Assembly (NCBI GenBank): GCA_001701165.1
Contig: DAAP01000044.1
Coordinates: forward strand, 2,008 to 66,007
Source of the DNA: Bacteroidales bacterium H4
Lineage (GTDB): Bacteria; Bacteroidota; Bacteroidia; Bacteroidales; Muribaculaceae
Length of the DNA stretch: 64,000 nt
Reading direction: 5' to 3'
In this document: positions 28,057 to 37,400 of the stretch, piece after piece
Position numbering within the stretch: the first letter of the stretch is position 1
How the letters are laid out: every line of letters begins with the position of its first letter
The notes under the pieces: generated by a model
What the model was told of the DNA's origin: nothing
Databases searched by the model: none
What the model saw: only the letters and a program-made list of their open reading frames with translations
Translations under genes and position numbers: made by a program

Positions 28057-29211
28057 TTATTCGAGTTGCAAATTACGAAAGTTGCAATAGCCGTCTATAA
28101 GCTGCTGATTTTCTTGGTCGCCGTCATATATCACAGCTGTACGTTTCATTCGTTCGCCTATAATTGACTGTAAATAATGCAGATTTTTGAAGTATTCTGT
28201 ATGGAACGTCATACCGGCTTTGATTTCATAGGCTTCAAGCGTGTCGTCCTGCCTCAGTCTAAGGATATCCACCTCGCGTTGTGACTTATCGCGATAAAAG
28301 AACAAGCTTTCCTGCCGTCCACGGTTTAAGCCATTCTTAAGCATATCATTCACGACCATATTCTCAAACAGGCTACCTCGCAGCGGATGAGTGTCCAGCT
28401 GTTCTACAGTGTTTATACCCAATAAGAAACAGGCCAATCCGGTATCATAAAAATACAATTTAGGCGTCTTCGTGAGTCTTTTCCCTATATTGGAGTAATA
28501 TGGTTGTAGCAGGTATACGACATACGATGCCGAGAGCACACCAAGCCAACTTTTTATGGTAGGCACACTCACTCCGACCTCAACAGATAATTCCGATGTA
28601 TTAAGCTCCTGGCCGATGCGACCGGCTGCAAGACGTATGAATTTTTGAAACGCATACAAGTCCTTGATATTGATAAGTGAGCGCACATCCCTTTCTACAT
28701 ATGTTGAGTAATAACTACTTAATAGTATTTGTCGTCCCTCCATTCCGCCTCTCCAAATCGCCGGATAACCTCCGCACAAAATCAATTGGGATGTCGTAGC
28801 GTCCGGATATATAGTCAAAATTTCCTCTGTGGAAAGGGGCAATAGAGACATCACGGCTGTACGTCCGGCCATAGACTGTGTGATATGCTGCATTAGAGCA
28901 AAATTGTTGCTCCCGGTTACAATAAATCGACGATTCTTCCCTTTTATACGGTCATCATCTACAAGGACCTGCAAATAAGAAAAAATCTTCGGGAAATTCT
29001 GTGCTTCATCTATAATTGCTCCTTGCGGGAATTTTGCGAGAAATGCTTTTGAATCCATTTGAGCCTCTTCGAGCGTAGCCATGTCCTCCAAATTGGCATA
29101 AGGAAGGTCAGCAAATAAGTTGCGGCACAAGGTTGTTTTGCCCGACTGTCGTGGTCCGGTAAGAGTAATTACGGGCAAATATTTGAAATACACTTTGATG
29201 GTAGAGGCCAT
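28057..29211 (-). CDS. AAA-family ATPase with a DUF4143-type C-terminal domain
   Basis: Walker A in VITLTGPRQSGKTTLCRNL and Walker B-like AIIDEAQ. The size and C-terminal pattern (YFYDTGL, REVDIL) are typical of AAA_14/DUF4143 proteins. The region is AT-rich. The start is set at MASTIKVYFKY (29211). Confidence 0.78.
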   Translation of the reverse strand: MASTIKVYFKYLPVITLTGPRQSGKTTLCRNLFADLPYANLEDMATLEEAQMDSKAFLAKFPQGAIIDEAQNFPKIFSYLQVLVDDDRIKGKNRRFIVTGSNNFALMQHITQSMAGRTAVMSLLPLSTEEILTIYPDATTSQLILCGGYPAIWRGGMEGRQILLSSYYSTYVERDVRSLINIKDLYAFQKFIRLAAGRIGQELNTSELSVEVGVSVPTIKSWLGVLSASYVVYLLQPYYSNIGKRLTKTPKLYFYDTGLACFLLGINTVEQLDTHPLRGSLFENMVVNDMLKNGLNRGRQESLFFYRDKSQREVDILRLRQDDTLEAYEIKAGMTFHTEYFKNLHYLQSIIGERMKRTAVIYDGDQENQQLIDGYCNFRNLQLE

Positions 29212-29237
29212 CGCCCTATTTATCAGCGTGTTGTTTG

Positions 29238-29279
29238 TCATTCGGCCAATTTTAAGGTTGGACTTTAAATTTGTCCGCA
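29238..29279. repeat. 42-bp direct repeat, copy B
   Basis: Identical to 27866..27907. It lies 27 nt upstream of the ATPase start codon, counted on the minus strand. Confidence 0.95.
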
Positions 29280-29550
29280 AATTTAGCGCTTTATTTTTGA
29301 TTATGCTACCTATCACGGTTATTTTCGGGTAATTTCTTCGGCGTCATGCGTCTGCATAGCAGGTTGTTTTTCCCGACTTCGTGGCTGACAGCAGGGTCGT
29401 TTCGCGAAACGAGCGCGAAACGAGCGGATATCCGTGTTCCCTTATGTCGCGAAAAAAGCTTAACTTTGTAGTGTGATTTAACTTATCGGCTTTGGCCGGG
29501 TCTAAGAATGTAAGCACTGGATATACGAAATTTTTAATGGGAACCAACTT

Positions 29551-29832
29551 ATGCTGCTAAGTATTGCCGACGGCTTTGATACGATGAACAATGCCTGCAT
29601 AGAGATGACCTCGATGCTTGCACAGGAACTGGGCATCACTTACGGCACGATGTGCATCGTCTGCTACGTCATCGTTCCGGCGCTGTGGACCATAGCGCTG
29701 GCGGCGTCCGCATTCTTGATGATGCAAGGCCGTAAGAAGTCCGGCAAGGTCTGCTTCTTCACCGGCATCGGCATCTTGGTTTTGATGGTGTTGTACTTCG
29801 GCATCGGATGCGCCAGGATGGCGGCGGCATAA
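29551..29832 (+). CDS. Small two-helix membrane protein (hypothetical)
   Basis: Two hydrophobic helices (MCIVCYVIVPALWTIALAASAFLMM and VCFFTGIGILVLMVLYFGIG). No recognisable family. Confidence 0.35.
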   Translation: MLLSIADGFDTMNNACIEMTSMLAQELGITYGTMCIVCYVIVPALWTIALAASAFLMMQGRKKSGKVCFFTGIGILVLMVLYFGIGCARMAAA

Positions 29833-29891
29833 GCCCAAGGGCATCCGCCGCGCATCCTGCCCATAGAGATTTATTTACTAATTTTGCAAAT

Positions 29892-31355
29892 ATGATAACT
29901 CCTAAAGAAATATTAGACCTGCTTAAGTCTACAGAGTCATATCGCGTGGAACGCACGACAAGCACCGGCAATATGGACAAATTCTGTGAGGCTATTTGTG
30001 CGTTTTCAAATGATATGCCCGGCTCGCGCAAGAATGGCTATCTAATTATAGGAGCGAGTGACGATGGAAGCATTGCCGGAATGAGGGTAGATGACGCGCT
30101 GTTGAAGAAGATTGCGGGCATACGTTCTGACGGAAACATCCTCCCTTTGCCAACAATGTCGGTCGAGCGATTCCCCTTCCCCGAAGGCGACTTGTTAGTG
30201 GCCGAAGTTCGTCCTTCAGATTTACCACCTGTGCGTTATCGTAGTCGTACATTTATACGAGTTGGACCTCGCCGAGATATTGCAACTGAGGCGGAAGAAC
30301 GCATACTTGCCGAACGCCGATGCTCTTTTATGGCGACCTTTGATGCCTCCCCCTGTCTGAATGCACGAATAGACGATCTGGATATTGATTATATCAAATC
30401 CTCATATCTTCCTAAAATCTTTGACGCTGACACCATTGCGGAAGATACGCGAGACATACGAGAGCAACTTGCTTCCATACATTTATTCGACCGCGACAAC
30501 AACTGCCCCACCTATGCCGGGATTATTTTATTTGGCAAAAATCCCAGATATTTTCTCTTGGGCGATTATGTACAGTTTGTCAGATTTGCCGGTAAGGATA
30601 AAGGTGGCGAGGTCCTCAATGAGCGGATTTTTGAAGGCCCGTTATATAAGATGTTGCCGGCGTTGGAGTCCTTTGTGAAAGACGCCATAATTACACAACG
30701 CCCTGTTCCGGAATCATTATTCAGAGAACGAACCGTATGGAATTACCCTGAAGGAGCCATCCGCGAACTGGTAATGAATGCTTGTATGCACCGAGATTTT
30801 CAGTCGAATATGCCAATCCGGTTCTACCAGTTTGATGACTATGTCGAGATAATGAATGCCGGCGGATTATATGGCGAGGCCCGACCCGAAAACTTTCCCT
30901 CGGTAAACGACTACCGCAATCCCCTTGTGGCCGAAGCAATGAAAATCGGCAAATATGTCAACAAATTCAACCGCGGTGTGGCCCGCGTCCAAGAAATGCT
31001 AAAGGAAAATGGCAATTCCCGGGCAGAGTTTGATGTATCCACAATTACCGCTTTCTGTGTAAGGGCTTATGCAACAGCCGAAGTCAACTTGTCGGCAGAC
31101 AATAAGCCAAGCACAAGTCAGGGCACAAGTCGGGGCACAAGTCGGGGCACAAGTCAGAACAATATAACTATTGAAGAAAAAATCATCGAGTTCTGCATAG
31201 AACCTCACACTTTGGCTGAGATAGCCGCTTACTGCGGCTTTCAGAACAAACGAAAATTTAGAGAGCGTTATCTTAATCCGCTCCTCGGCCTACGCATCCA
31301 AAAGACGATTCCGGACAAGCCAACGAGTCGTTTTCAAAAATATGTTATAATTTGA
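29892..31355 (+). CDS. AlbA_2 (Schlafen-type) DNA-binding domain plus HATPase_c_4-like ATP-binding protein with a C-terminal winged-helix tail
   Basis: The N-terminus ESYRVERTTSTGNMDKFCEAICAFSNDMPGSRKNGYLIIGASDDGSIAG fits the AlbA_2 'divergent AAA' pattern. The central AIRELVMNACMHRDF fits the HATPase_c_4 pattern. A TAATTTTG box at 29879-29886 lies immediately before the ATG (29892). Confidence 0.65.
   Translation: MITPKEILDLLKSTESYRVERTTSTGNMDKFCEAICAFSNDMPGSRKNGYLIIGASDDGSIAGMRVDDALLKKIAGIRSDGNILPLPTMSVERFPFPEGDLLVAEVRPSDLPPVRYRSRTFIRVGPRRDIATEAEERILAERRCSFMATFDASPCLNARIDDLDIDYIKSSYLPKIFDADTIAEDTRDIREQLASIHLFDRDNNCPTYAGIILFGKNPRYFLLGDYVQFVRFAGKDKGGEVLNERIFEGPLYKMLPALESFVKDAIITQRPVPESLFRERTVWNYPEGAIRELVMNACMHRDFQSNMPIRFYQFDDYVEIMNAGGLYGEARPENFPSVNDYRNPLVAEAMKIGKYVNKFNRGVARVQEMLKENGNSRAEFDVSTITAFCVRAYATAEVNLSADNKPSTSQGTSRGTSRGTSQNNITIEEKIIEFCIEPHTLAEIAAYCGFQNKRKFRERYLNPLLGLRIQKTIPDKPTSRFQKYVII
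31111..31158 (+). repeat. Four copies of a 12-bp in-frame tandem repeat (GCACAAGTC[A/G]G[G/A])
   Basis: Read directly from the sequence. It encodes STSQGTSRGTSRGTSQ inside CDS 29892..31355. Confidence 0.9.
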
Positions 31356-31452
31356 TGCTTTCAGTCAGATGTGGCAAGATAGAGCGACAAAGAGCGTCTT
31401 AAAACACATAACAGAATAAACCGAAACAACTTAAAAACGAAAGGATATAACG

Positions 31453-31953
31453 ATGAAAAAGAAATTTATGCTGGCTGTTGCAGCCGTACTTGTAGGCGTA
31501 TTTGCAATCACCGCAGGCGTCAACATCACCAAGGTGGACAAGGTCTCGCCAAATGACGAAATGTTCATGGACATGGCCGTATCCGTGGCCAAAACAGCCA
31601 AGAAGCCTATAGGAGCTGTGGTAGTGCTCAACGGCGCCCTACGCTCGCAAGGCACAGCCACCGCCACCGCCACTGCCGAGGAGAATGCCATCAAATCGTC
31701 GCGCCGTAAGAGCCTCTATGGCGGCAGCATCTATACCATCATCCAGCCCACCACCGAGGCTTACAACGCCATCTGCCGCAGCGGTGCCGATGCGGTATAT
31801 TTTGCCGTACCCGCAGCCGATGCCGTCAGCGCCGGGGTGTACAGCATAGAGGATTATGATACATCCAAAGCAGACACGACCCTGACGCAGGTGCCCTTGA
31901 AACATCTGCCTTATGCCGATGCCACGCTTCTGGTGGTCAAATACAAAAAATAA
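31453..31953 (+). CDS. Signal-anchored cytidine/deoxycytidylate-deaminase-fold protein lacking the zinc ligands (probable pseudo-enzyme)
   Basis: MFMDMAVSVAKTAKKPIGAVVVLNGALRSQG...TAEENAI...IIQPTTEAYNAIC aligns by eye with the CDA-fold pattern. However, H-A-E is replaced by T-A-E, and P-C-x-x-C by P-T-T-E-A-Y-N-A-I-C. The N-terminal segment MKKKFMLAVAAVLVGVFAITAG is hydrophobic. Confidence 0.5.
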   Translation: MKKKFMLAVAAVLVGVFAITAGVNITKVDKVSPNDEMFMDMAVSVAKTAKKPIGAVVVLNGALRSQGTATATATAEENAIKSSRRKSLYGGSIYTIIQPTTEAYNAICRSGADAVYFAVPAADAVSAGVYSIEDYDTSKADTTLTQVPLKHLPYADATLLVVKYKK

Positions 31954-32062
31954 CTTCTGAAATAACAAGTAACATCCGACACGGCACTCGGGGTGTAAGG
32001 ACGCGGCCGCCGGTGAGACTTCACCGACGCCCACTCTTTGGCATCCCGATGCAATACGCATC

Positions 32063-33244
32063 ATGGACAAAGCCGCGCACATAGCCATTATCACCGGAAC
32101 GCGCGCCGATTGGGGACTGCTGTCTCCGGCGGCGCGACTGCTGCGTGACACCCCGGGGGTACGCCTCTCGGTGGTGGCCACCAATATGCACCTATCTCAT
32201 CGTCACGGCTATACGGTGGACGGCATTATTGCCGAGGGCTTCGATGTTACCCACCGCGTAGCCGTGCCCGAGGATTTGGACGACAGCGGTGCCGGACGTG
32301 CACATGCCGCGGCTGTCTGTCTGGCCGGAGTGGCCGATGCCTTAGCCGAACTTCGACCCGATACGGCTGTTATTCTCGGCGATCGTTTCGAAGCTTTGGC
32401 AGCGGCTCAGGCTGCCGTACTCACGGCAGTCCCGGTGACACACCTGCATGGTGGAGAGACGTCTCGCGGCGCCGTGGACGACAGTATGCGCCACGCTATC
32501 ACCAAGTTGGCCTCGCTGCACCTGTGCGCTACCGAAGAGGCACGCCGACGCATCATTCAGATGGGCGAACAGCCCGACAGTGTAATCACTGTGGGCGCCC
32601 CGGGCGTGTATAACGCCCTGAAAATGCCCAAAATGTCGTCAGACGAGCTGCGCCAAAACCTCGACGGATTCGACATCGACCCCGAGCGCACGCTCTTGGT
32701 GACCTACCACCCGGAAACCAACGACTACGCATCCACCCCGGCACAGCGCTTCGAGGCACTACTGCAAGCCCTCGACCGCTTTCCCAACTGCAATGTCATC
32801 CTGACAGGCACCAACAACGATGCCGGCGCCGAAGGAATACGCTCTCTGGCAGCCGAATATGCCGCCGCCAACGGCGGGCGCGTGCTGACTGTCGAAAGCC
32901 TTGGAGCACGCCGCTACCTCTCGGCGATGGCCCGATGCGCCGCCGTCGTGGGCAACAGCTCCAGCGGCATCATCGAGGCGCCGAGTATGCATATCCCCAC
33001 CGTCGATATAGGCGGACGGCAAGCCGGGCGCCTATGCGCCGCCTCCGTGATACACTGCGGTGCCGGAGCGGACGACATCGCCGCAGCCATCGCCCTGGCA
33101 CTCACTCCCGAGGCTCGAAATCGCGCCGCCACCGCCGCCAACCCATACTACCGTGATGACACACCGCGCATTATCGCCGAGGCCATACTCTCGCACCTGC
33201 CGCTAAGCATCGCCAAGACATTCCACGACATCCCAAACCCTTAA
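32063..33244 (+). CDS. neuC: UDP-N-acetylglucosamine 2-epimerase (hydrolysing), NeuC/LegG-type
   Basis: Contains IAIITGTRADWGLL, VILGDRFEALAAAQAA, THLHGGE, RHAITKLASLH and GNSSSGIIEAPS. Confidence 0.85.
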   Translation: MDKAAHIAIITGTRADWGLLSPAARLLRDTPGVRLSVVATNMHLSHRHGYTVDGIIAEGFDVTHRVAVPEDLDDSGAGRAHAAAVCLAGVADALAELRPDTAVILGDRFEALAAAQAAVLTAVPVTHLHGGETSRGAVDDSMRHAITKLASLHLCATEEARRRIIQMGEQPDSVITVGAPGVYNALKMPKMSSDELRQNLDGFDIDPERTLLVTYHPETNDYASTPAQRFEALLQALDRFPNCNVILTGTNNDAGAEGIRSLAAEYAAANGGRVLTVESLGARRYLSAMARCAAVVGNSSSGIIEAPSMHIPTVDIGGRQAGRLCAASVIHCGAGADDIAAAIALALTPEARNRAATAANPYYRDDTPRIIAEAILSHLPLSIAKTFHDIPNP

Positions 33245-33257
33245 TCGGGAACACATT

Positions 33258-33974
33258 ATGGACACCAATCCGATATACCTCATCCCCGCACGCGGAGGCA
33301 GCAAAGGCATTCCACACAAGAATATCAAAATTCTTGGGGGAAAGCCACTAATACACTACGCCATAGCCAACGCCCTGACGCTCACCGATGACGACACCCA
33401 CCGGCGCATCATCGTCAGCACCGATGATGCCCGCATCGCCGAGGTGGCCCTCGCCGCTGCCGCCGACATCACCATACGTCGGCGTCCCGAAGCTTTGGCC
33501 ACGGACACCGCCGCCACACAAGATGTCATCATCGATGCCATGGACTACGCCGACAGCCTCGGCATGGTCTACGACTGCGTGGTGCTGCTCCAACCTACTT
33601 CGCCGCTACGCCGCCCGGAGGACATACGCCGAGGCCTGGCGATGTACGCCGCGGCCCGAAGCACTTGCGATATGGTGGTATCCGTATGCCACGCCGCTGC
33701 CAACCCCTATTACGACCTCATGGAAAGTGACAGCAACGGCTACCTGCACGTCAGCAAGGGAGACGGCCGATACACGCGCCGACAAGACGCCCCCGCAGTA
33801 TGGCAATACAACGGCGCCGTGTACGTCATCAACCCCGAGGCCGTGCGCACCACACCCATGCTGAAAATGCGCCGCCGACTGCCACTGGAAATGGAAGCTG
33901 CACGAAGCATCGACTTAGACACTCCGCGCGATTGGGCGATAGCCGAAACCCTCATCAACGAATTACGCCAATGA
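33258..33974 (+). CDS. neuA: Acylneuraminate (nonulosonate) cytidylyltransferase
   Basis: Contains IPARGGSKGIPHKNIK, LLQPTSPLR and RRQDAPAVWQYNGAVYV. Confidence 0.85.
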   Translation: MDTNPIYLIPARGGSKGIPHKNIKILGGKPLIHYAIANALTLTDDDTHRRIIVSTDDARIAEVALAAAADITIRRRPEALATDTAATQDVIIDAMDYADSLGMVYDCVVLLQPTSPLRRPEDIRRGLAMYAAARSTCDMVVSVCHAAANPYYDLMESDSNGYLHVSKGDGRYTRRQDAPAVWQYNGAVYVINPEAVRTTPMLKMRRRLPLEMEAARSIDLDTPRDWAIAETLINELRQ

Positions 33975-35071
33975 ATACGCCAACATCCCCGGCCGATATA
34001 CAGCGTCACACCATAGACGCTCAGGCATCAATACTTACGGCTTTGCAACGCCTCAATAGGCTCTCCGGCGAGGCTATGACCCTTTTTGTGGTCAGCGACA
34101 GCGGCGCCGTCATCGGAACACTCACCGACGGCGACATCCGCCGCGCCCTGTGCGAAGGCATAGACACCGACGCCCCGGTCTCCGAAGCCGCGCACACCGG
34201 ATTTGCATACATCGATGCCGAGGCACGCCCCGACGTGCGCCGCATAGCCGGGATGCGAAGTCACGGCATCACACTTGTGCCGGTGCTGGACCGCGACAAG
34301 CGCCTGCTACGTATTATAAACCTGCACCATACTTCCACTTGTCTGCCCGTCAGCGCCATACTTATGGCCGGAGGCAAAGGCGAGCGGCTGCGCCCCCTCA
34401 CCAACGACACGCCCAAGCCGCTGCTGCACGTGGGCGACAGAGCCATCATCGACTACAACATTGACGCACTGGCCGCCGCCGGCATCACCGACATCACCAT
34501 CACAACGGGATACTTGGCCGAAAAACTGGACGCCCATTTTGCCAACGGAGCCAATACGCCCGAAGGCGTCCGCGTACGATGCGTCCGCGAAACCTTCCCC
34601 ATGGGTACAATAGGAGCTGCCGCACTTATGAACCATGCCCCCGGCGGAACGACATTGGTCATGAACAGCGACCTGCTCACCACCATATCCTTCGAGCAGA
34701 TGTACCTGCGACACATAGACACCGATGCCGACATCACCATCGCCGCAATATCCTACCAAGTGTCCGTGCCTTTCGCCATACTTGCCACCGACGATGCCGG
34801 CATGGTGCACGGTATCGAAGAAAAGCCCTCGTACACCCATTACGCCAACGCCGGAATATATCTCATCTCCAACGACATACTCGACACACTCGAAACCACG
34901 CATCGCACCGATGCCACCGACCTCGTGGCCAATGCCATAGCCGCAGGCCGCCGCGTCACCTACTATCCTGTGGACGGCATTTGGATGGATATAGGCACTC
35001 CCGCCGACTTTGCACAAGCCTGCCGCCTGATGGAAAACCACCAACGGCTCAACGACAGCCGTATGAGATGA
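33971..35071 (+). CDS. CBS-domain plus nucleotidyltransferase protein (PtmE-like sugar-1-phosphate nucleotidyltransferase)
   Basis: The N-terminal CBS pair ([21 protein letters not shown]; [20 protein letters not shown]) is followed by [26 protein letters not shown]. The ATG overlaps the neuA stop codon (ATGA). The ORF-track extension back to 33800 was discarded. Confidence 0.75.
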   Translation: MNTPTSPADIQRHTIDAQASILTALQRLNRLSGEAMTLFVVSDSGAVIGTLTDGDIRRALCEGIDTDAPVSEAAHTGFAYIDAEARPDVRRIAGMRSHGITLVPVLDRDKRLLRIINLHHTSTCLPVSAILMAGGKGERLRPLTNDTPKPLLHVGDRAIIDYNIDALAAAGITDITITTGYLAEKLDAHFANGANTPEGVRVRCVRETFPMGTIGAAALMNHAPGGTTLVMNSDLLTTISFEQMYLRHIDTDADITIAAISYQVSVPFAILATDDAGMVHGIEEKPSYTHYANAGIYLISNDILDTLETTHRTDATDLVANAIAAGRRVTYYPVDGIWMDIGTPADFAQACRLMENHQRLNDSRMR

Positions 35072-35117
35072 CACGCGCCTTCCAAAGACACGCACAACGA
35101 CACAATCAAGACACGAT

Positions 35118-36353
35118 ATGCCCGAATCAAACTTCATAGACTACGTAAAAATACAATGCCGCTCCGGCAAAGGCGGAGCCGGCTCACTGCACTTCCACCG
35201 CGCCAAATACGTCCCCAAGGGCGGTCCCGACGGCGGCGACGGCGGACGCGGCGGACACATCATACTGCGCGGAGACAGACACATGTGGACACTGCTGCCG
35301 CTCAAATTCAAACGTCACATATTTGCCGGCGACGGCCAACGCGGTTCCGAAAATCGTAGTAGCGGTTGCGACGGCGAAGACATAGTAATCAACGTCCCCT
35401 GCGGCACCGTTGTCTACGACGCCGACACCGGCCAATACCTGGCCGAAGTGCGCGACGACGGTCAACAAGTCAAACTGCTACGCGGCGGCCGAGGCGGTCT
35501 GGGAAACTGGCACTTCAAGAGTGCCACCAACCGCACACCGCGATATGCCCAACCCGGCGAACCGGGCATCGAAAAAAACATCGTGCTCGAACTCAAATTG
35601 TTGGCCGATGTGGGCCTCGTAGGCTTCCCGAATGCCGGCAAATCGACACTACTCAGTTCGGTCAGCGCCGCTCGTCCCAAGATTGCCGACTATCCGTTTA
35701 CCACAATGGAGCCCCAGTTGGGAATCGTCGAATACCGCGACGGACGCTCCTTTGTCATGGCCGACATTCCCGGCATCATCGAAGGTGCCAGCGAAGGCCG
35801 CGGTCTGGGGCTGCGCTTCCTGCGGCACATCGAGCGCAATGCCGTATTACTATTTATGATTCCGGCGGACGCCGATGACATCACCGAGCAATACAACATC
35901 CTATTACGCGAGTTACAGCATTTCAATCCCCAATTGATAGACAAGCACCGCGTACTGGCCATCAGCAAAAGCGACATGCTGGACGACGAATTGATGCAAG
36001 CTTTGTCCGAGACACTGCCCGCGGACGTGCCGCACGTATTTATCAGCGCCGTCACCGGCCAAGGCCTCACCGAACTCAAAGATATGCTGTGGCGTGCCGT
36101 CACCGATGATGCCAACCGCCTGGCCACGCCCGACATCGCCACTCGCGACCTCGACGAGAGCCATCGCGACCCGCAGGAAGACGCATTCATATTCGCCAAC
36201 AACGCCGACTACGTAGATCCGGAATACCGCTACTACTTTGCCGACGAATACGAAGACGAGGGCGAAGACCTGCGCACCATCAGTCCCGAAGCGTGGAACG
36301 AAGCTGCCGCCATGGACGACAATTTCGTGCCCGACACCGACGACAAGGACTGA
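35118..36353 (+). CDS. obg: GTPase Obg/CgtA
   Basis: The Obg fold begins [42 protein letters not shown]1 is [12 protein letters not shown]3 is DIPGIIEGA and G4 is SKSD. The C-terminal tail is acidic. Confidence 0.95.
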   Translation: MPESNFIDYVKIQCRSGKGGAGSLHFHRAKYVPKGGPDGGDGGRGGHIILRGDRHMWTLLPLKFKRHIFAGDGQRGSENRSSGCDGEDIVINVPCGTVVYDADTGQYLAEVRDDGQQVKLLRGGRGGLGNWHFKSATNRTPRYAQPGEPGIEKNIVLELKLLADVGLVGFPNAGKSTLLSSVSAARPKIADYPFTTMEPQLGIVEYRDGRSFVMADIPGIIEGASEGRGLGLRFLRHIERNAVLLFMIPADADDITEQYNILLRELQHFNPQLIDKHRVLAISKSDMLDDELMQALSETLPADVPHVFISAVTGQGLTELKDMLWRAVTDDANRLATPDIATRDLDESHRDPQEDAFIFANNADYVDPEYRYYFADEYEDEGEDLRTISPEAWNEAAAMDDNFVPDTDDKD

Positions 36354-36449
36354 TTACACATCGTTCTCCGCATTCGCCCTCGGCATCCGAGGCGAGAGAC
36401 AGCCCGCCGTCACATCCACCCGAAATGTTCGCGGCGCACAAATACATAT

Positions 36450-37400
36450 ATGACTACCGATACAAAAGAAACCAATACCACGACTGAGGCCGCCAAAGGC
36501 TATGTCGGCACACAACGTCGCCCGGCCATAGCGTGCTGGGTGGAAGCCATGCGCCTGCGCACACTGCCGGTATCCGTGGCCGGAGTATGTGCGGCCTGTG
36601 CACACGCGATACTTCGCGGCACCTTCGGCACGGCACAAGCGCTACTATGTCTGGCCTTTGCTGTATTGGCGCAAGTGGCATCCAATTTTGCCAACGAGTA
36701 TTACGATTTTCGTGCGGGTCTTGACCGCCGCGGACGCCAAGGCCCGCGCCGCGGAGTCACAGAAGGCGACATTTCGCCCAAAGCCATGGCCGTGGCCACG
36801 TATGCCGTACTGGCTTGCGCCTGTGCCGTCGGTCTATGTCTGGTCCATTGGGGCGGATGGTGGCTTGTGCCGGCCGGAATAGGCATAGCCGTAGCAGCCT
36901 TGGCTTACAGCGCCGGACCTTGGCCGTTGTCCCGACATTGTCTGGGCGAAGCGGCCGTCATTGCGTTTTTCGGCATCATTCCCGTCAACCTGACATACTA
37001 CGTCCAAGCCGGAACTTTTGACGCGGAGGTCTTCCGCAGTTCGATTGCTCTCGGACTTATGGGCGCCAACGTTCTTATCGTCAACAACTACCGCGATCGT
37101 GACGATGACAGCGCCGTAGGCAAACGCACCCTGGCCGTAGTCTTGGGACGCCGGGTAACATCAAGATTATATCTTCTGTGCGGATGGGTGGCAGTACTGC
37201 TTATGTCGCCACTATGGGCCGCCATAGGCGAAGCCGCGTGGGTCGTCCCGGTGGCCTACGCCGCCCTGCACACTCTGCTCTGGGCTCTTCTGAGCGTACG
37301 CCGTGGCGCACGGCTCAACCCCCTGCTGGGTGCCACGGCAGCGCTGATGCTGGCCTACGCCTTGGGATTTGTGGTCGTGGCTGTTGCCGTCAGCTGTTAG
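36450..37400 (+). CDS. menA: 1,4-dihydroxy-2-naphthoate polyprenyltransferase (UbiA family)
   Basis: Contains RLRTLPVSVAGV, NEYYDFRAGLD and NNYRDRDDD, with about 8-9 hydrophobic helices. Confidence 0.85.
   Translation: MTTDTKETNTTTEAAKGYVGTQRRPAIACWVEAMRLRTLPVSVAGVCAACAHAILRGTFGTAQALLCLAFAVLAQVASNFANEYYDFRAGLDRRGRQGPRRGVTEGDISPKAMAVATYAVLACACAVGLCLVHWGGWWLVPAGIGIAVAALAYSAGPWPLSRHCLGEAAVIAFFGIIPVNLTYYVQAGTFDAEVFRSSIALGLMGANVLIVNNYRDRDDDSAVGKRTLAVVLGRRVTSRLYLLCGWVAVLLMSPLWAAIGEAAWVVPVAYAALHTLLWALLSVRRGARLNPLLGATAALMLAYALGFVVVAVAVSC

Noticed and set aside
22862-31400. The AT-rich patches, considered as an integrative mobile element
   Set aside because: No integrase, transposase, relaxase, tRNA attachment site or terminal inverted repeats are visible. 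Normal-GC genes (25136..27713) separate the patches. They are treated as separate small acquisitions.
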